Shown: positions 51,145 through 64,000, counted from the first letter of the stretch. The stretch: 64,000 bases of DNA from Paraspadella gotoi (GCA_051294375.1 CM119266.1:10940778-11004777); one strand, 5' to 3'. Program-made: numbers and translations. The notes: generated from the sequence alone by a model not told the origin.

Positions 51145-51520
51145 GCTCTCGTTCCGGTGGCTCATTAACAGAATCATAGTTTACCGCCAATGGGAACAGA
51201 GAAAAGAAGACCTTTTTTTCCGATGGGGTTGAAGGAGGAGAGAGAGAGAGACAGAGACAGAGACAGGAAACCAAGAAGACGGAGCGAAAAAAAAAGACAG
51301 AGAGCGAGAACAAAGTGTGCGGGGTTGGAGTGTGACAGAGGGCCATTTTTTTCCGGGTTTTCCTCATCGCCTCTCCTCCTGTTCATCTAGATTTATTACA
51401 AGAGATCGTTCCCTCTTTTTGGCGTGCGAAAGGGTCGCGTGCGAACAAGGACTCGAGTGAAGTTTGCACAGCGGAAGGGTAAGGATCCGACGTGGTAGCG
51501 GAAGAGGGTAAAGTTATTGA

Positions 51521-51584
<64 letters not shown>

Positions 51585-51921
51585 AGAGAAGAGAGAGAGA
51601 GAGAGAACGTGTTGCCTGGGTTCGCGTTTGTAAAAAAAATCGAAAGAAATGGAGAATACGAATGCTGTTGTTGTTGTTGTCCGTCGTCTTGAAAAAAATG
51701 ATCGGAGGAGGAAATCAGGATCTACTTTTTCGCGGGCGACGCAAGTCGAGACGAAGCGTTAATCGTCCAAAGATAAATCACTCTTCGCGCGGCAGCGACT
51801 GCGGCGGCGGCGGCCGGTGTGAATCTAAACTGTAAAATTAAGACGTTACCGATTTTCTTACTCCACTGATTGAAAGAATAGTCTCTGTAGCTCTTTTTTT
51901 TATACTGAATAGGCGGGGTAC

Positions 51922-51981
<60 letters not shown>

Positions 51982-51982
51982 G

Positions 51983-52019
<37 letters not shown>

Positions 52020-53885
52020 CTCACTCCTCGGCCACGTAATTGGCCAGATAAAAAGCGCCCATTTTGCTTAAACGATTGTTTAAACTTGTAGGACGAAGCA
52101 GGACAAATGAGAGTGACACGATCGAACGACGCGACGAACGAGACGACGAGATAATGGCCAAGGATCAGAAGGTAAATCATTGCGCGAGGATTGAGAGACC
52201 GATGCCCGAGCGTCCGTCCGCTTCGTTAGACCATGAAAAGTGAAGAGACCTGAAATCACAGCCAATCAGGAACTTTCTCGTTTCTCTCCTCTCTCTCTCT
52301 CTCTCTCTCGTCTCTCTNNNNNNNNNNNNNNNNNNNNNNNNNCGATTCCTTTGCGTTTGGGCACGAATTGTATTGAGCGATCGTCCCTCGTCTATCGCCT
52401 CGTCTGCTTCCGAGAACGAAGGGGAAAAAAAAAGACCGAGGTAGAGAGAGAGCGAGACAAAATCACAGAGATTGAGACAAAAGGACAGAAGCTTTTTCAA
52501 CCGAAAAGTAATATCTAAATGGTTTCTCTCTCCTGAAAGCCCTCTTTATTTTTTTTTCGAGCCAATCTTCTTTTTTTTTTCTTCTTGTGTATGCGCTTGC
52601 GCAACACGCAAAAATAACAGAAATAAAAAATCACGGAATAAAAAAAAAGAAAAACAAAAATAAACACTAATGAGAAGCCAACTGCTGGAAAAAGTCGGGG
52701 AGCGAACTCGGACTTTGAAGAAACGACCGAATTTAAGAATGATCGATGTCGAATAATGAGGCGAAGGAGGAAAGGAAAGAGGGGAAAGAAAAAGAGGAAA
52801 GGAAAATATAAAGGAAAGAGAGCGGATTGAGAAAATACAGAGGAGTGTAGAAGTAAGAAAGGGTTGGAACTTAATAAGGGAAGCAATTAAGTCAAGGGGT
52901 GGAGAAAAACGTAGATGAAAGAGGTAAAGAGACGGGGCGAGCACTTCGTCGGCTTCGCGTTCGTCGTCGTTATCGTCGTCGTCGTCGTGTTCATCGTCGT
53001 CGTCGTTCCCGTCCTCGGGCCGCGATTCGGAATGAGTCGTCGAAAGAAGGACAAGCCTGACAACGACTCGGGGAAATGTTGTGATTAGTTCCTTCGCCTT
53101 CAATCAAGAAACTCGCGACAACCGGCGGCCCTCCTCGGCCCCGTTCTCTATTCCGGTCTCCGATTCTAAACGCCCCCCCCCCACTCGCTCCCCGCTGGCG
53201 TCTCCGCGATGCCACGCCCACATTTCCCAACGCCCCCTCTGCAACGCCCTCCCGACCGGCGTCGCGTATTTCCGAAAGACGCCGACGCCAACGGGAATGA
53301 AGTTTAGCAATCGAAACTTAGTCTTTCCCTCTTTTCCTTCTTGTCTCGAAGTTTTAGTTTCGCTTTGGAAAAGTTTTTAGGAAACTCGTTTAAATCCCTT
53401 CCTTTCATGTTATGACTTAACCTAATTTATGGAATTTCTTGATCGGTTGAACTCATTTTTTTACATTCTTACACTTTCAATTTTTAAATTATCATTGTTT
53501 CGAGTTTCACCACTGAAATATCACTTTTCAAGAAAGTGCATACTTTTGAAACAGATAAAGATTAAAGGTTGGTCTAATCAAATTCATGTCAAAAAGTAAA
53601 AAATAAAACCTAAAAAAAGCAAAAGAAAAAGCTTGGCGTGAAAAGAGAGAGACTGTAAAAAGAATGGAGAAAAACGATACTGGAAAAAAGTGAATGGAAA
53701 CGAAAGAAAAAAAAAGGAAGGAAGAAATCGGAAGACCATCCTAGGAAAAAAAGGGAAAAAAAGGAAAAGAAAAAAGTAAAAGGGAAAAAAAGGGGAAAAA
53801 AAGGAGCGAAGGGGATGGTGGCGAACACAAGCATAGATTAAGTTTCCCAGTGTCATGAATTCCGACCTCAGTTGACCCGATTCGA

Positions 53886-53918
<33 letters not shown>

Positions 53919-55479
53919 NNNNNNNNNNNNNNNNNNNNNNNNNNNNNNNNNNNNNNNNNNNNNNNNNNNNNNNNNNNNNNNNNNNNNNNNNNNNNNNNNN
54001 NNNNNNNNNNNNNNNNNNNNNNNNNNNNNNNNNNNNNNNNNNNNNNNNNNNNNNNNNNNNNNNNNNNNNNNNNNNNNNNNNNNNNNNNNNNNNNNNNNNN
54101 NNNNNNNNNNNNNNNNNNNNNNNNNNNNNNNNNNNNNNNNNNNNNNNNNNNNNNNNNNNNNNNNNNNNNNNNNNNNNNNNNNNNNNNNNNNNNNNNNNNN
54201 NNNNNNNNNNNNNNNNNNNNNNNNNNNNNNNNNNNNNNNNNNNNNNNNNNNNNNNNNNNNNNNNNNNNNNNNNNNNNNNNNNNNNNNNNNNNNNNNNNNN
54301 NNNNNNNNNNNNNNNNNNNNNNNNNNNNNNNNNNNNNNNNNNNNNNNNNNNNNNNNNNNNNNNNNNNNNNNNNNNNNNNNNNNNNNNNNNNNNNNNNNNN
54401 NNNNNNNNNNNNNNNNNNNNNNNNNNNNNNNNNNNNNNNNNNNNNNNNNNNNNNNNNNNNNNNNNNNNNNNNNNNNNNNNNNNNNNNNNNNNNNNNNNNN
54501 NNNNNNNNNNNNNNNNNNNNNNNNNNNNNNNNNNNNNNNNNNNNNNNNNNNNNNNNNNNNNNNGAAAGGGAGAGAAACTGATCGTCCGTCGTATTCGTAT
54601 TTTTTTTTTTTGCATTTTCCGCTGTCTTCTTCACTTGAGCGTTTTTCTTGTTCCTCTTTCTATCCTCTCTTCTCTCTCTTTCTCATCTCTGTCTCTGTCT
54701 GCTCTCCTCTTTTTCTCTCTCTCTCTCCTCTCTCTCCTCCTCTCTATCCTCTTCCCTCTCTCTCTCTCCAATCTCTCTCATCTCTCATCTCTCATCCTCG
54801 CTCCTCCTCTCTCTCTCCCCTTCGCTGCTCCACTCTCTCTCTCCTCTCTCTCTCTCATCTTTCCTGCTCAACATGACTGTCCACAAGCATTCATGTTCTT
54901 TTCAAACATGGCGGCGAACTCCAAAGATCAGCGAGACAAAAACAAAGAAGAGAATATGAATCGTTATGGCAACAGGTTTCGTAACCCTTTTCATCGTCGC
55001 AACGCATCGTCTTTGTCGCTCAACTTCGTTAGACACTTTTCTTCGCCATCCGTCACCTGGCCCGATGCTCGTATCTGTCCCTCGCGCCATTTTCGTTTTG
55101 GCGCCGACGGAGGGCGTTGGCGCCAACGCCAATCCGACGCTCGCGGATAAAAAAAATTGCATTTTGCTGGCAAAAAATAAAAGAGGGTACGATGGACCGA
55201 CAAAATGTTTTTTTCTTCCACTGCCCGACAATTTTTTTTCCCCCATAAAATCATCGTCTCTCCACAAGTTGCTATCCATTTTGCAACTTCTAACCTTTTC
55301 ATGACAGACTGACACTTGTGGTCAGTTAAATGATACAATTCTTTTTCCTGTCTTTCTTGTTAATGGTCCCACTAGCCCTTACAACTCCCGTTTATTACCG
55401 GAAAAATACTATCTTCACTTACCACATATATTCTCATTTGTATTAGTCAAAATGCTTCTCACCTCCAGAAAATCCTTTC

Positions 55480-55770
55480 CTCACAAAATCTAAAAAATCC
55501 CGCGCAACGTTTCCCATCCCACGAAACATTCTTCCCATGTAAACAACCGCCTTCACCACCACGGCCACAACGATCACCCCGGCGGCCAGCCCATTTCCTC
55601 CCCCCCCCTCTCCCGCCCACGCGAAATCCCCCTTCTCGCCCCGGGGGACCAATACATGTTGATGAGGGGAAAATCGCCGGAGCCGAGAAGGTTCAAAGAT
55701 TAAGCTCGGGGGGCATGGAGCCGGTGGAGCCCCATACTTCCGAATTTCATGCAAATGCACTAGCAAATGC
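55480..55770 (+). CDS. Pro/His-rich coding-like island; frame unresolved
   Basis: Two plus frames are open: NPAQRFPSHETFFPCKQPPSPPRPQRSPRRPAHFLPPPLPPTRNPPSRPGG... and KIPRNVSHPTKHSSHVNNRLHHHGHNDHPGGQPISSPPLSRPREIPLLAPGDQYMLMRGKSPEPRRFKD*. One minus frame is also open. Confidence 0.25.
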
Positions 55771-57714
55771 AAATGCAAACGAGTTTNNNNNNNNNNNNNN
55801 NNNNNNNNNNNNNNNNNNNNNNNNNNNNNNNNNNNNNNNNNNNNNNNNNNNNNNNNNNNNNNNNNNNNNNNNNNNNNNNNNNNNNNNNNNNNNNNNNNNN
55901 NNNNNNNNNNNNNNNNNNNNNNNNNNNNNNNNNNNNNNNNNNNNNNNNNNNNNNNNNNNNNNNNNNNNNNNNNNNNNNNNNNNNNNNNNNNNNNNNNNNG
56001 AGAGAGAGAGAGAACGAATTCAAGGGGATGGCTGACTGTTTAGAAAAACAAAATCGATTTTTTCGAGGCCGAGCTACTGCAGCGAAAAAAAGTATTGGCA
56101 AAGGTGAGTCATGTAAAATACCTAATGTCAGTTTCATGGAGCTTACCTGTTTGAAAAGATGACGTCGGGTAGGTAATGAAGGTAAAGAAAAAAAGAAAAT
56201 GGGGTGAAATAAAAAGAGAAACAATTATTATTCAATGAAAACTGTTTACAAATTCAGTTTAAAACACATTATGAAGCGATTAAAACGTTTTACCTACATA
56301 TATAAGTATCTATTTACGTATAATTGCTATTTTACGAATGTATCAAATAATGAATCTAAAAAGGAAGCACTTAAATACGCGACACCGCGACAGAAGTAAG
56401 ATAAAACGTTTCTTCCCCCCCCGCCCCCTCCCGCTTTCCGTAAAAAGGTAAGTGTCGCCCGTCAGGTAAGCGCGCCTCGATTCGAATCGGAATATAAATG
56501 GCGCCTATTAGCGGGACTTTGGTGCGCCGCCAGGATTTGACCGTCGCGTGATGGATGGCGCGGATTCCTCGCCTCGCTCCGTCGCCGCGCGAGGACGGGT
56601 GGGTGACGCGAGAGAAAGGGGGGGAGAGGGGGGAAGAAGGGGAGTGGGAGGGGTGTCGGGGTGAGGAGGGAGTGTAGTGGACGGATTAATGGTTTCACAA
56701 CCGGTGGTGAAAAAGCGAGATTGGAAAATTTAGAACGGGTTTGGTTATCTGCTGCATTAGGGTGAGAATGGATCGAAATGGGCGGATTGGGTACGCTGTG
56801 TTGAGCTGAGCCCATGGGGAAATTGTCACCGATTAAAGGAAGAAAAAATGATTAAGTTACGCTAAAAAAGAAGGAAAGAAATAAAATTGTGCATAAAATT
56901 TTGCTGGATTAGAAAGGAGGAAAACATCTTCGAATTTCTGCGGGTGGAAGGAAAGGAGATGTAGGCGCCGACGAAAAGGCTGAGGTTTTGCCAAAACAGA
57001 TGCAGAAATCTTTGGTGCCATCATTTAAAAGGCGACAGATGCAGTAGTTATTAAGCTGCTTGTTTACAGATGAAGGCGCCCGTGTAAACATACGCGAGCA
57101 TTCCCCACAGATTTAAAGACGCTCATACGAGACAGGTGCAGCCTCTCTCTACGCGATTACGAAGGCGCAAACGCGTCAGGTGCGACATCGAGAGAGGAAT
57201 CAANNNNNNNNNNNNNNNNNNNNNNNNNNNNNNNNNNNNNNNNNNNNNNNNNNNNNNNNNNNNNNNNNNNNNNNNNNNNNNNNNNNNNNNNNNNNNNNNN
57301 NNNNNNNNNNNNNNNNNNNNNNNNNNNNNNNNNNNNNNNNNNNNNNNNNNNNNNNNNNNNNNNNNNNNNNNNNNNNNNNNNAGCAAGCGAGCAGGTGACA
57401 AAAGGATTGAGAAGAGAATTTTTACTTCGAATTGTGATTCGGACTCTTAACCGCAAAATTAGGGATTTAGCGAGAAATGAGAGAAGATTGGAGAGTTGGG
57501 GTGTGGACTGTGGACGGTGGAGAAGGATGGGGTGTTGAAGGAAGGTTCCTAGACGGACGGGGTGAGAACCCAGACCAAAAAATGTAATATACAATATTAT
57601 ATTCATGACGTTAAGCATCTCGGCTGAAAGAACAAAGAAGACGAGAGACGTGAAGCATCAAAAATGTAGCTAAGAAAATGTAGAGGAAGCGATAATGGGA
57701 GAATAGTGAGATAA

Positions 57715-57766
<52 letters not shown>

Positions 57767-57895
57767 GCTGAAAAATAAGAAAAGAAATATTTAGAGTTAA
57801 TACAATTTATCAAACTGTAGTAGTTTCTCCAAAATTCAACTCCTCTTCACCGACGCCATCTTAATCGCTTTTGGAACCCATCGTCTTCCATCATG

Positions 57896-57950
57896 CCATC
57901 TCATTTTCGCCACTTTTTACCATCTCATTTTCGCCACTTTTTTCCATCTC
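57896..57950 (+). repeat. 24-bp tandem duplication CCATCTCATTTTCGCCACTTTTT(A/T)
   Basis: Two full copies followed by ccatctc. Confidence 0.85.
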
Positions 57951-59689
57951 CCAACGCCACCCAATGCCAAGCTCTATCATGAATTTCTATTGTCACATTT
58001 ATCACATTTAACAAGCTATTTCTTCAAAGCTGTGTCAATTCTTGAGCTACGTTTTCACTACTCAGTTCTTACCATCTTCCTTCACACCACTACTACAGAT
58101 CCACCTCATTCTCCGTCTCCCCAACCCTCCTCCAGCGCCATCTTACTTTTTCGGCAGACTTTTCGCGGTTTTTGTTTGTTTTTCCGTCTTTCGACGTCGG
58201 GCGTCGCTGCGACGGAAGAGTCTCGACGACGTAAACAAAAACAAGAAGACATCAATTTCTCCTTTCGGGTTCGCGATCATCAAAAATAAATGGCGCCTTT
58301 GTTGTAACGCGAGAAGAAGGACTAGTTTGGAGGAGGAAAGGAGGAAGAAAGGAGGAGAGGGAGGAAAGAAAGGGGCAAGGAGTGAAGAAAGTGGAGGAAG
58401 AGGTGAGAGAAAAGAAAACGAAAGTATTTCAAAAAAGAAAAAAAAAACCAGAAAAAAAGAAAGAAGATAGAAAGAAAAAAGAAGAGAAGAAAAAAGAGAA
58501 GAAAAGAGAGATAGGCGGGATTCACCCACAACAAACTCAGTCTCGAAAAAAAAAAAGAGATTCTCTTGTTCCGAGAAAAGAGACGACAAACTACAGACAA
58601 AGCGAAGACTAAGCCGCGACAAAGTGAGAACAAAAATCAGTAAAAGCGAAGAAAATACTTCGAATGGGCGACATTGGCGACAAAAGACCGACGAAACGCC
58701 GTCAAAAGACCGACAAAGCGACGACAAAGCTAGGCGCTCGTCGACGCATCGACGCTAAAATTTGATTGAGAGTCGTAAAGACGCGAAGCGAACGATGGCG
58801 CCTCAACAATAGCGAAGGGTCATTTCCGGTTTTGGGGCGGAAGAGACGTTGAGACGAGACGGTGGCGCTGACGACGCCGATGACGCCCCCCCAAAAATGT
58901 TCCTCGCGGCGGCGTCGGTTCAAGGTTCATCGTCAATTCACGCTTCCTTCCCCTTCGCCCCCTCCCTCCCCCTTTCGATATTCTGAGGGATGCATCCTCT
59001 CCCTCTTCACTCTCACCCTTTAAACTTGACGATTTAATCTTGGGTCCCGCGAAAAACGACGCAACTTCGAAACGTCCAACGCCGCAAACCTTCGCAGCTG
59101 CCATCTCGACAAACGCCCTCTCTCGCTACGCCTCTTTCTGNNNNNNNNNNNNNNNNNNNNNNNNNNNNNNNNNNNNNNNNNNNNNNNNNNNNNNNNNNNN
59201 NNNNNNNNNNNNNNNNNNNNNNNNNNNNNNNNNNNNNNNNNNNNNNNNNNNNNNNNNNNNNNNNNNNNNNNNNNNNNNNNNNNNNNNNNNNNNNNNNNNN
59301 NNNNNNNNNNNNNNNNNNNNNNNNNNNNNNNNNNNNNNNNNNNNNNNNNNNNNNNNNNNNNNNNNNNNNNNNNNNNNNNNNNNNNNNNNNNNNNNNNNNN
59401 NNNNNNNNNNNNNNNNNNNNNNNNNNNNNNNNNNNNNNNNNNNNNNNNNNNNNNNNNNNNNNNNNNNNNNNNNNNNNNNNNNNNNNNNNNNNNNNNNNNN
59501 NNNNNNNNNNNNNNNNNNNNNNNNNNNNNNNNNNNNNNNNNNNNNNNNNNNNNNNNNNNNNNNNNNNNNNNNNNNNNNNNNNNNNNNNNNNNNNNNNNNN
59601 NNNNNNNNNNNNNNNNNNNNNNNNNNNNNNNNNCCCGGCGTGGAACGGCTCTCACAATTTCCGGTTAATTCCTCAACTTCAAACTTTAG

Positions 59690-60097
59690 TGGTCGCTGGT
59701 TCAAACCTTGGTTCGAACCGTGGCTTTAACGGCTACAACGACAACCGAAGCAAGCGATCGGTACCGGCGACATCGGCCGATACGGCGCCGATTCCGGCGG
59801 CTTAAACGGCGCCGAATCGACACTTGGGCGTCAAATGACAACGACAACGTCAACTACATCGACGACGTCGAACGAGAACCATCGCCTCGGGATCGAGAGA
59901 AAGTGAGAGAAGCGAATTTCGTTATAATCGAGGTATCGTCGCTCGGAAGTGGGCGCGGCAAGCGCCGAAACGATACAACTTTTGGCGGGAAAAATGCAAC
60001 GTTCAATTTTAAAATCGAATCGTTATCAGCAGCAAAACGGTTAATTAAAGCAGTGGTCATCTACGACTATATATCGAATAATACGCGAAAGCTGTAG
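59690..60097 (+). CDS. Candidate terminal exon, ~135 codons, unknown product
   Basis: Track ORF 59708..60097 is not microsatellite-derived (...RRRIDTWASNDNDNVNYIDDVEREPSPRDREKVREANFVIIEVSSLGSG...). It extends upstream to an actttag| acceptor at 59689. Confidence 0.3.
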   Translation, partial: WSLVQTLVRTVALTATTTTEASDRYRRHRPIRRRFRRLKRRRIDTWASNDNDNVNYIDDVEREPSPRDREKVREANFVIIEVSSLGSGRGKRRNDTTFGGKNATFNFKIESLSAAKRLIKAVVIYDYISNNTRKL

Positions 60098-60322
60098 CTA
60101 TATGTAAATGTATACTTTTCGATTCGGTTAAAAATTGCGTTCTGTAAATAAACTTCACGATTTTTTTTTAAATTTCAGAAAATTTAGAAATTTGAAAAAT
60201 CACCGAAATATGTGGCTTTTCCTTTTCGGTGACGTTTTTTCCGAAAACGATTTCAAAAATGCATCACCGATTGAGGCGTCACTCGTGGCTCCTTTTTTTT
60301 TCTACGCCCACGACTTGGTCTC

Positions 60323-60396
60323 GCCGCAGCCGCAGCCGCAGCCGCAGCCGCAGCCGCAGCCGCAGCCGCAGCCGCAGCCGCAGCCGCAGCCGCAGC
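60323..60396 (+). repeat. (GCCGCA)n hexanucleotide repeat, ~12 copies
   Basis: Perfect gccgca array that would give poly-PQ, poly-RS or poly-Ala in different frames. Confidence 0.95.
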
Positions 60397-61269
60397 TGCT
60401 GTCACGGCGCATTGAACTGTGATTTTACTGCGATCGTCATCTTCTGCTGCGGAAGTGAACTTTGACCCTCGATGAATCAATCTCGGATTTTCAAGTCGGG
60501 GAAACAATCAACCCCTGTGGAAAGATCTTGGGAGAGGGAGACAGGGAGACAGGGAGAGAGAGGAAGAGGGAGAGCGAAAGAAAGAACTATTATTAAACGT
60601 GAAAGAGAGCATTAGCATTTTAGCTGCCAAAAAAGGAACTCAGTGCAGATCCAAAAAAGAGAGGAATAACAAAGAAAAACAGAGAGATAACAAAGTGAAG
60701 AAGAAATCCTTTCAAGACTCTCTCTCTCTCTCTCTCTCTCNNNNNNNNNNNNNNNNNNNNNNNNNNNNNNNNNNNNNNNNNNNNNNNNNNNNNNNNNNNN
60801 NNNNNNNNNNNNNNNNNNNNNNNNNNNNNNNNNNNNNNNNNNNNNNNNNNNNNNNNNNNNNNNNNNNNNNNNNNNNNNNNNCCCTCTCTCTTCATGACGA
60901 GTTTGGGTTTTTCCAATTTTCCGCCTTTTTTACTTTTCCATTAAGTCGCAGAATTTGTGATGATTCTTTCGTGAATTTTTCACGCGAGCTTTTCACCGCG
61001 AATCTGTCTCTCTGTCCCTCCGTTGGATCAGTCACGGAATTTCGACTCCGTCTCGTTTTCCCAGCTTCCAAATCTCATTCGCTCTCCATCTCGCTCAGTT
61101 TCATTTACTACGACTCGGTCTCTCTCATTGAAAAGCTTTGTGATAAGCTTTTTTTTTATCATCACGTGCGATGTTTTCCTAATCATATATTCTTAGAAGA
61201 AAATGTAGGTACAGGCCAAGACAAACCAAGGAAACCCAACTCGCATCTGTTCCGCAGTTGAGCAAACCG

Positions 61270-61325
61270 CCGTAGCTAGGACCGTTGCTAGGATCGTTGC
61301 GAGTACTGTTGTTCCGTTGCTAAGG
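61270..61325 (+). repeat. 12-bp degenerate repeat CCGTTGCTAGGA, ~4 units
   Basis: ccgtagctagga ccgttgctagga tcgttgcgagta ctgttgtt ccgttgctaagg. Confidence 0.7.
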
Positions 61326-62614
61326 CCGCCAGCGACAGGTTCGGATAGATTACTTTTCGATGGGGAACCGAGCGTCGTTAGCGTATGTGATTAATTTGAT
61401 TTGTCTGCAGTAATGGATGTAACTCTTATCCTCTCTCTTCGACTTCGTCGTTGTTTGGGTCGATGATTGGCAACGGAGAAGAGAAGAGAGAGAGAGAGGG
61501 GACGAGAGCACGAGAGATCGAGAGAGTAGCGGAGAGAGAGTAGAGAGAGAGAGAGAAGAGAGTAGAGAAGTAGTGAGAGAGTAGCTGTGGAGCTTGCTTT
61601 GAAAGAGAGCGAACAGATGCCTTGTGATGAAATGTACGGCTCGTGTTCCGATATCATCCTCTCTCGGATGACAGCGAACGCCCGGAAGTGAGAGAGAGAG
61701 TCAGAGAGAGAGAGAGATGAGAGCAGAGAGAGAGAAGATGCGAGACGAGAGAATGAGAACGAAGATGAAGAGCAGAGAGAAAAAGAGAGAGAGACGGACA
61801 GAGAGAGAGGAGTGCTTTATGTCTCTCTTTTGATATACCTCCGACGTTTAAGAAGTTACTGGTTACTCCGGGGCCAGATATGTCGTCTTAAAATTGACAC
61901 ATAGATATTTAACACGAACAAGATCGAACCAAATAATCTCAAACAAAACAAAATAAACAAATAAAACAAACAATACAAAACAAAACATGAAACTCAAAGG
62001 CTTAAGCTATAGTTTACTTATCAGGCCGTCGAGGTAAATTCTTAAAATGCAGGAGGCCAGCTATGCTTTTTTACGAGTGGCCGGCGTCTTGGCTGGCGTC
62101 GCGGACAACGCCGCCGACAAACCCGCCGACAAAGCCGACAAGAAAGGCCGACAACTTCATCGCCTCCTCTTTAACTGACGCTCGATGGATCTTTACGGCC
62201 GACGGAAACGACGTCGTCATCTTTTACGAAAAATCGCTGGAGTGAAAGAAGGAAAAACAAAAAGTAGTTTCTCAAACACNNNNNNNNNNNNNNNNNNNNN
62301 NNNNNNNNNNNNNNNNNNNNNNNNNNNNNNNNNNNNNNNNNNNNNNNNNNNNNNNNNNNNNNNNNNNNNNNNNNNNNNNNNNNNNNNNNNNNNNNNNNNN
62401 NNNNNNNNNNNNNNNNNNNNNNNNNNNNNNNNNNNNNNNNNNNNNNNNNNNNNNNNNNNNNNNNNNNNNNNNNNNNNNNNNNNNNNNNNNNNNNNNNNNN
62501 NNNNNNNNNNNNNNNNNNNNNNNNNNNNNNNNNNNNNNNNNNNNNNNNNNNNNNNNNNNNNNNNNNNNNNNNNNNNNNNNNNNNNNNNNNNNNNNNNNNN
62601 NNNNNNNNNNNNNN

Positions 62615-62648
<34 letters not shown>

Positions 62649-62661
62649 TGAACGGAAATTC

Positions 62662-63405
62662 CCTCGTTCCTTTCTGTTGACGTGCAAAATGTCCCGTAAA
62701 CAGAAGAACCCGAAGCTTCCTTCGCCGAAGGAAGAGAGTCTGGTTCACCGACAGGAGTAAAGGTGGTTTTTGGAAAGGCCACCTTTTTAGAAGAGGTTTT
62801 GGTGGTATTAAATTAAATTTTATGAGGGGAAAATCTTTCACAATTTGAACTTAATAAATGAATGAAAAAAGCAACCAAATCCCAACTATATACTTTTTAT
62901 GAGCCCGGGTTTTTCCCTAACGCCGAAAATNNNNNNNNNNNNNNNNNNNNNNNNNNNNNNNNNNNNNNNNNNNNNNNNNNNNNNNNNNNNNNNNNNNNNN
63001 NNNNNNNNNNNNNNNNNNNNNNNNNNNNNNNNNNNNNNNNNNNNNNNNNNNNNNNNNNNNNNNNNNNNNNNNNNNNNNNNNNNNNNNNNNNNNNNNNNNN
63101 NNNNNNNNNNNNNNNNNNNNNNNNNNNNNNNNNNNNNNNNNNNNNNNTTTTCCACCAAAAACCACTTTCATCAAATTCTGAGGCGACAGGGAACCCGTTG
63201 ACTGATCGTCTCACTGAAACCATCTTTCCTGGGAGACGAGTCAAATTTCCTTGATGCTCAAGATTAAGATGAGGCGAGACAAAAATGAAAACATTTCCGA
63301 GTTGCCGAACATTGCGGGATCTAGGGAAACGGGGAAGGCTTGAAATATAGCAGTGGGTTCTTCAAAGATCTTATAAACCGTCTAATATATGTGAAAGCGT
63401 TATGT

Positions 63406-63471
<66 letters not shown>

Positions 63472-63726
63472 AAGTTCCGTCTCTCTATGCCGCTCCAAGC
63501 AATATCAGTTGGTCCAGGAAAGTCTCGGCTAAATACCGCAACCGACAAGGCATCCACTGACTCTATACTGTCAATAAATCTCGACGAAAAATGTAGAAGA
63601 AATCGTAGAGAAATCAAAATATAATCCAACAGAAATCGATCATAAATCAATCAATAAATGTAGTACAAGTTGATGTAAAAGCCAGTGTAAATGCCGTAGG
63701 AAAATGGTTGAAAATCCGAGGGAAAT
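62662..63726 (-). CDS. Candidate multi-exon gene fragment with short introns (exons ~63726-63667, 63579-63486, 63381-63298, 63256-63150, 62782-62662)
   Basis: Joined frame: FPSDFQPFSYGIYTGFYINL/FIDSIESVDALSVAVFSRDFPGPTDIAWSGI/TVYKIFEEPTAIFQAFPVSLDPAMFGNS/HQGNLTRLPGKMVSVRRSVNGFPVASEFDE.../VAFPKTTFTPVGEPDSLPSAKEASGSSVYGTFCTS. All acceptors end in AG, but only the first intron has a GT donor. Confidence 0.3.
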
Positions 63727-63868
63727 TAGTCCAAGCAAACGGAATCTATCAAACTAAATTCGTGATCCAAAGTCTGACTGAGGTTGACCGGGGAAGAAGA
63801 GGAGAGAGCTAGAGAGAGATATCTCAGTCTCTCTCGGTCCACAAACTATCTGTGGCCACTGGTTCTAC

Positions 63869-63903
<35 letters not shown>

Positions 63904-63965
63904 ACAGAAATCGTTTTCGTCGATTCCGATTTTTTTGTTTCCATTTCCTCCAGGAATTTTAGTGT

Positions 63966-64000
<35 letters not shown>
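63966..64000 (+). repeat. (CGT)n microsatellite running off the window end
   Basis: cgtcgtcgtcgt... Similar arrays at 4612-4644, 17785-17815 and 50630-50667. Confidence 0.95.

Noticed and set aside
54960-54973. RFX X-box-like ATCGTTATGGCAAC (also GTGCCCATGGCAAC at 22015-22028 and GTTGCTAGG units at 61270-61325)
   Set aside because: The degenerate 14-mer is expected a few times by chance in a window this size, and no target gene is identified.
59691-59725. tRNA T-arm/B-box-like GGTCGCTGGTTCAAACC and GGTTCGAACC
   Set aside because: No D-arm, anticodon stem or acceptor stem can be built from the flanks.
60253-60465. SR-protein-like RS repeat or poly-PQ/poly-Ala ORFs
   Set aside because: Fully explained by the (GCCGCA)n array; there is no RRM or other domain in the flanks.

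Overview
Eukaryotic draft-scaffold sequence from an organism I cannot identify. It shows no prokaryotic gene organisation, CpG is not visibly depleted, and it is dominated by (GA/TC)n, (GAC/GTC)n and poly-A/T microsatellites, with roughly 30 N-gaps. Seven gaps are exactly 25 N. Most of these sit beside sequence duplicated in exact and indel-riddled copies: 0.9-4.8 kb is a tandem plus fold-back set, and 27.2-35.2 kb holds a ~1,988-bp inverted duplication plus noisy direct copies. This pattern fits long-read gap-filling artefacts better than biology. Almost all ORFs in the supplied track come from microsatellites or N runs. Several short non-repetitive islands read like exons of intron-rich genes, but I recognise no protein family. 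The main ones are 5.7-5.9 kb, 9.7-11.4 kb, 23.0-23.4 kb, 29.3-29.7 kb, 59.7-60.1 kb and 62.7-63.7 kb. I can support no rRNA, tRNA, CRISPR array or intact transposon. The best biological lead is speculative: a minus-strand exon chain at 62.7-63.7 kb that joins in frame if some short introns use GA-AG boundaries.
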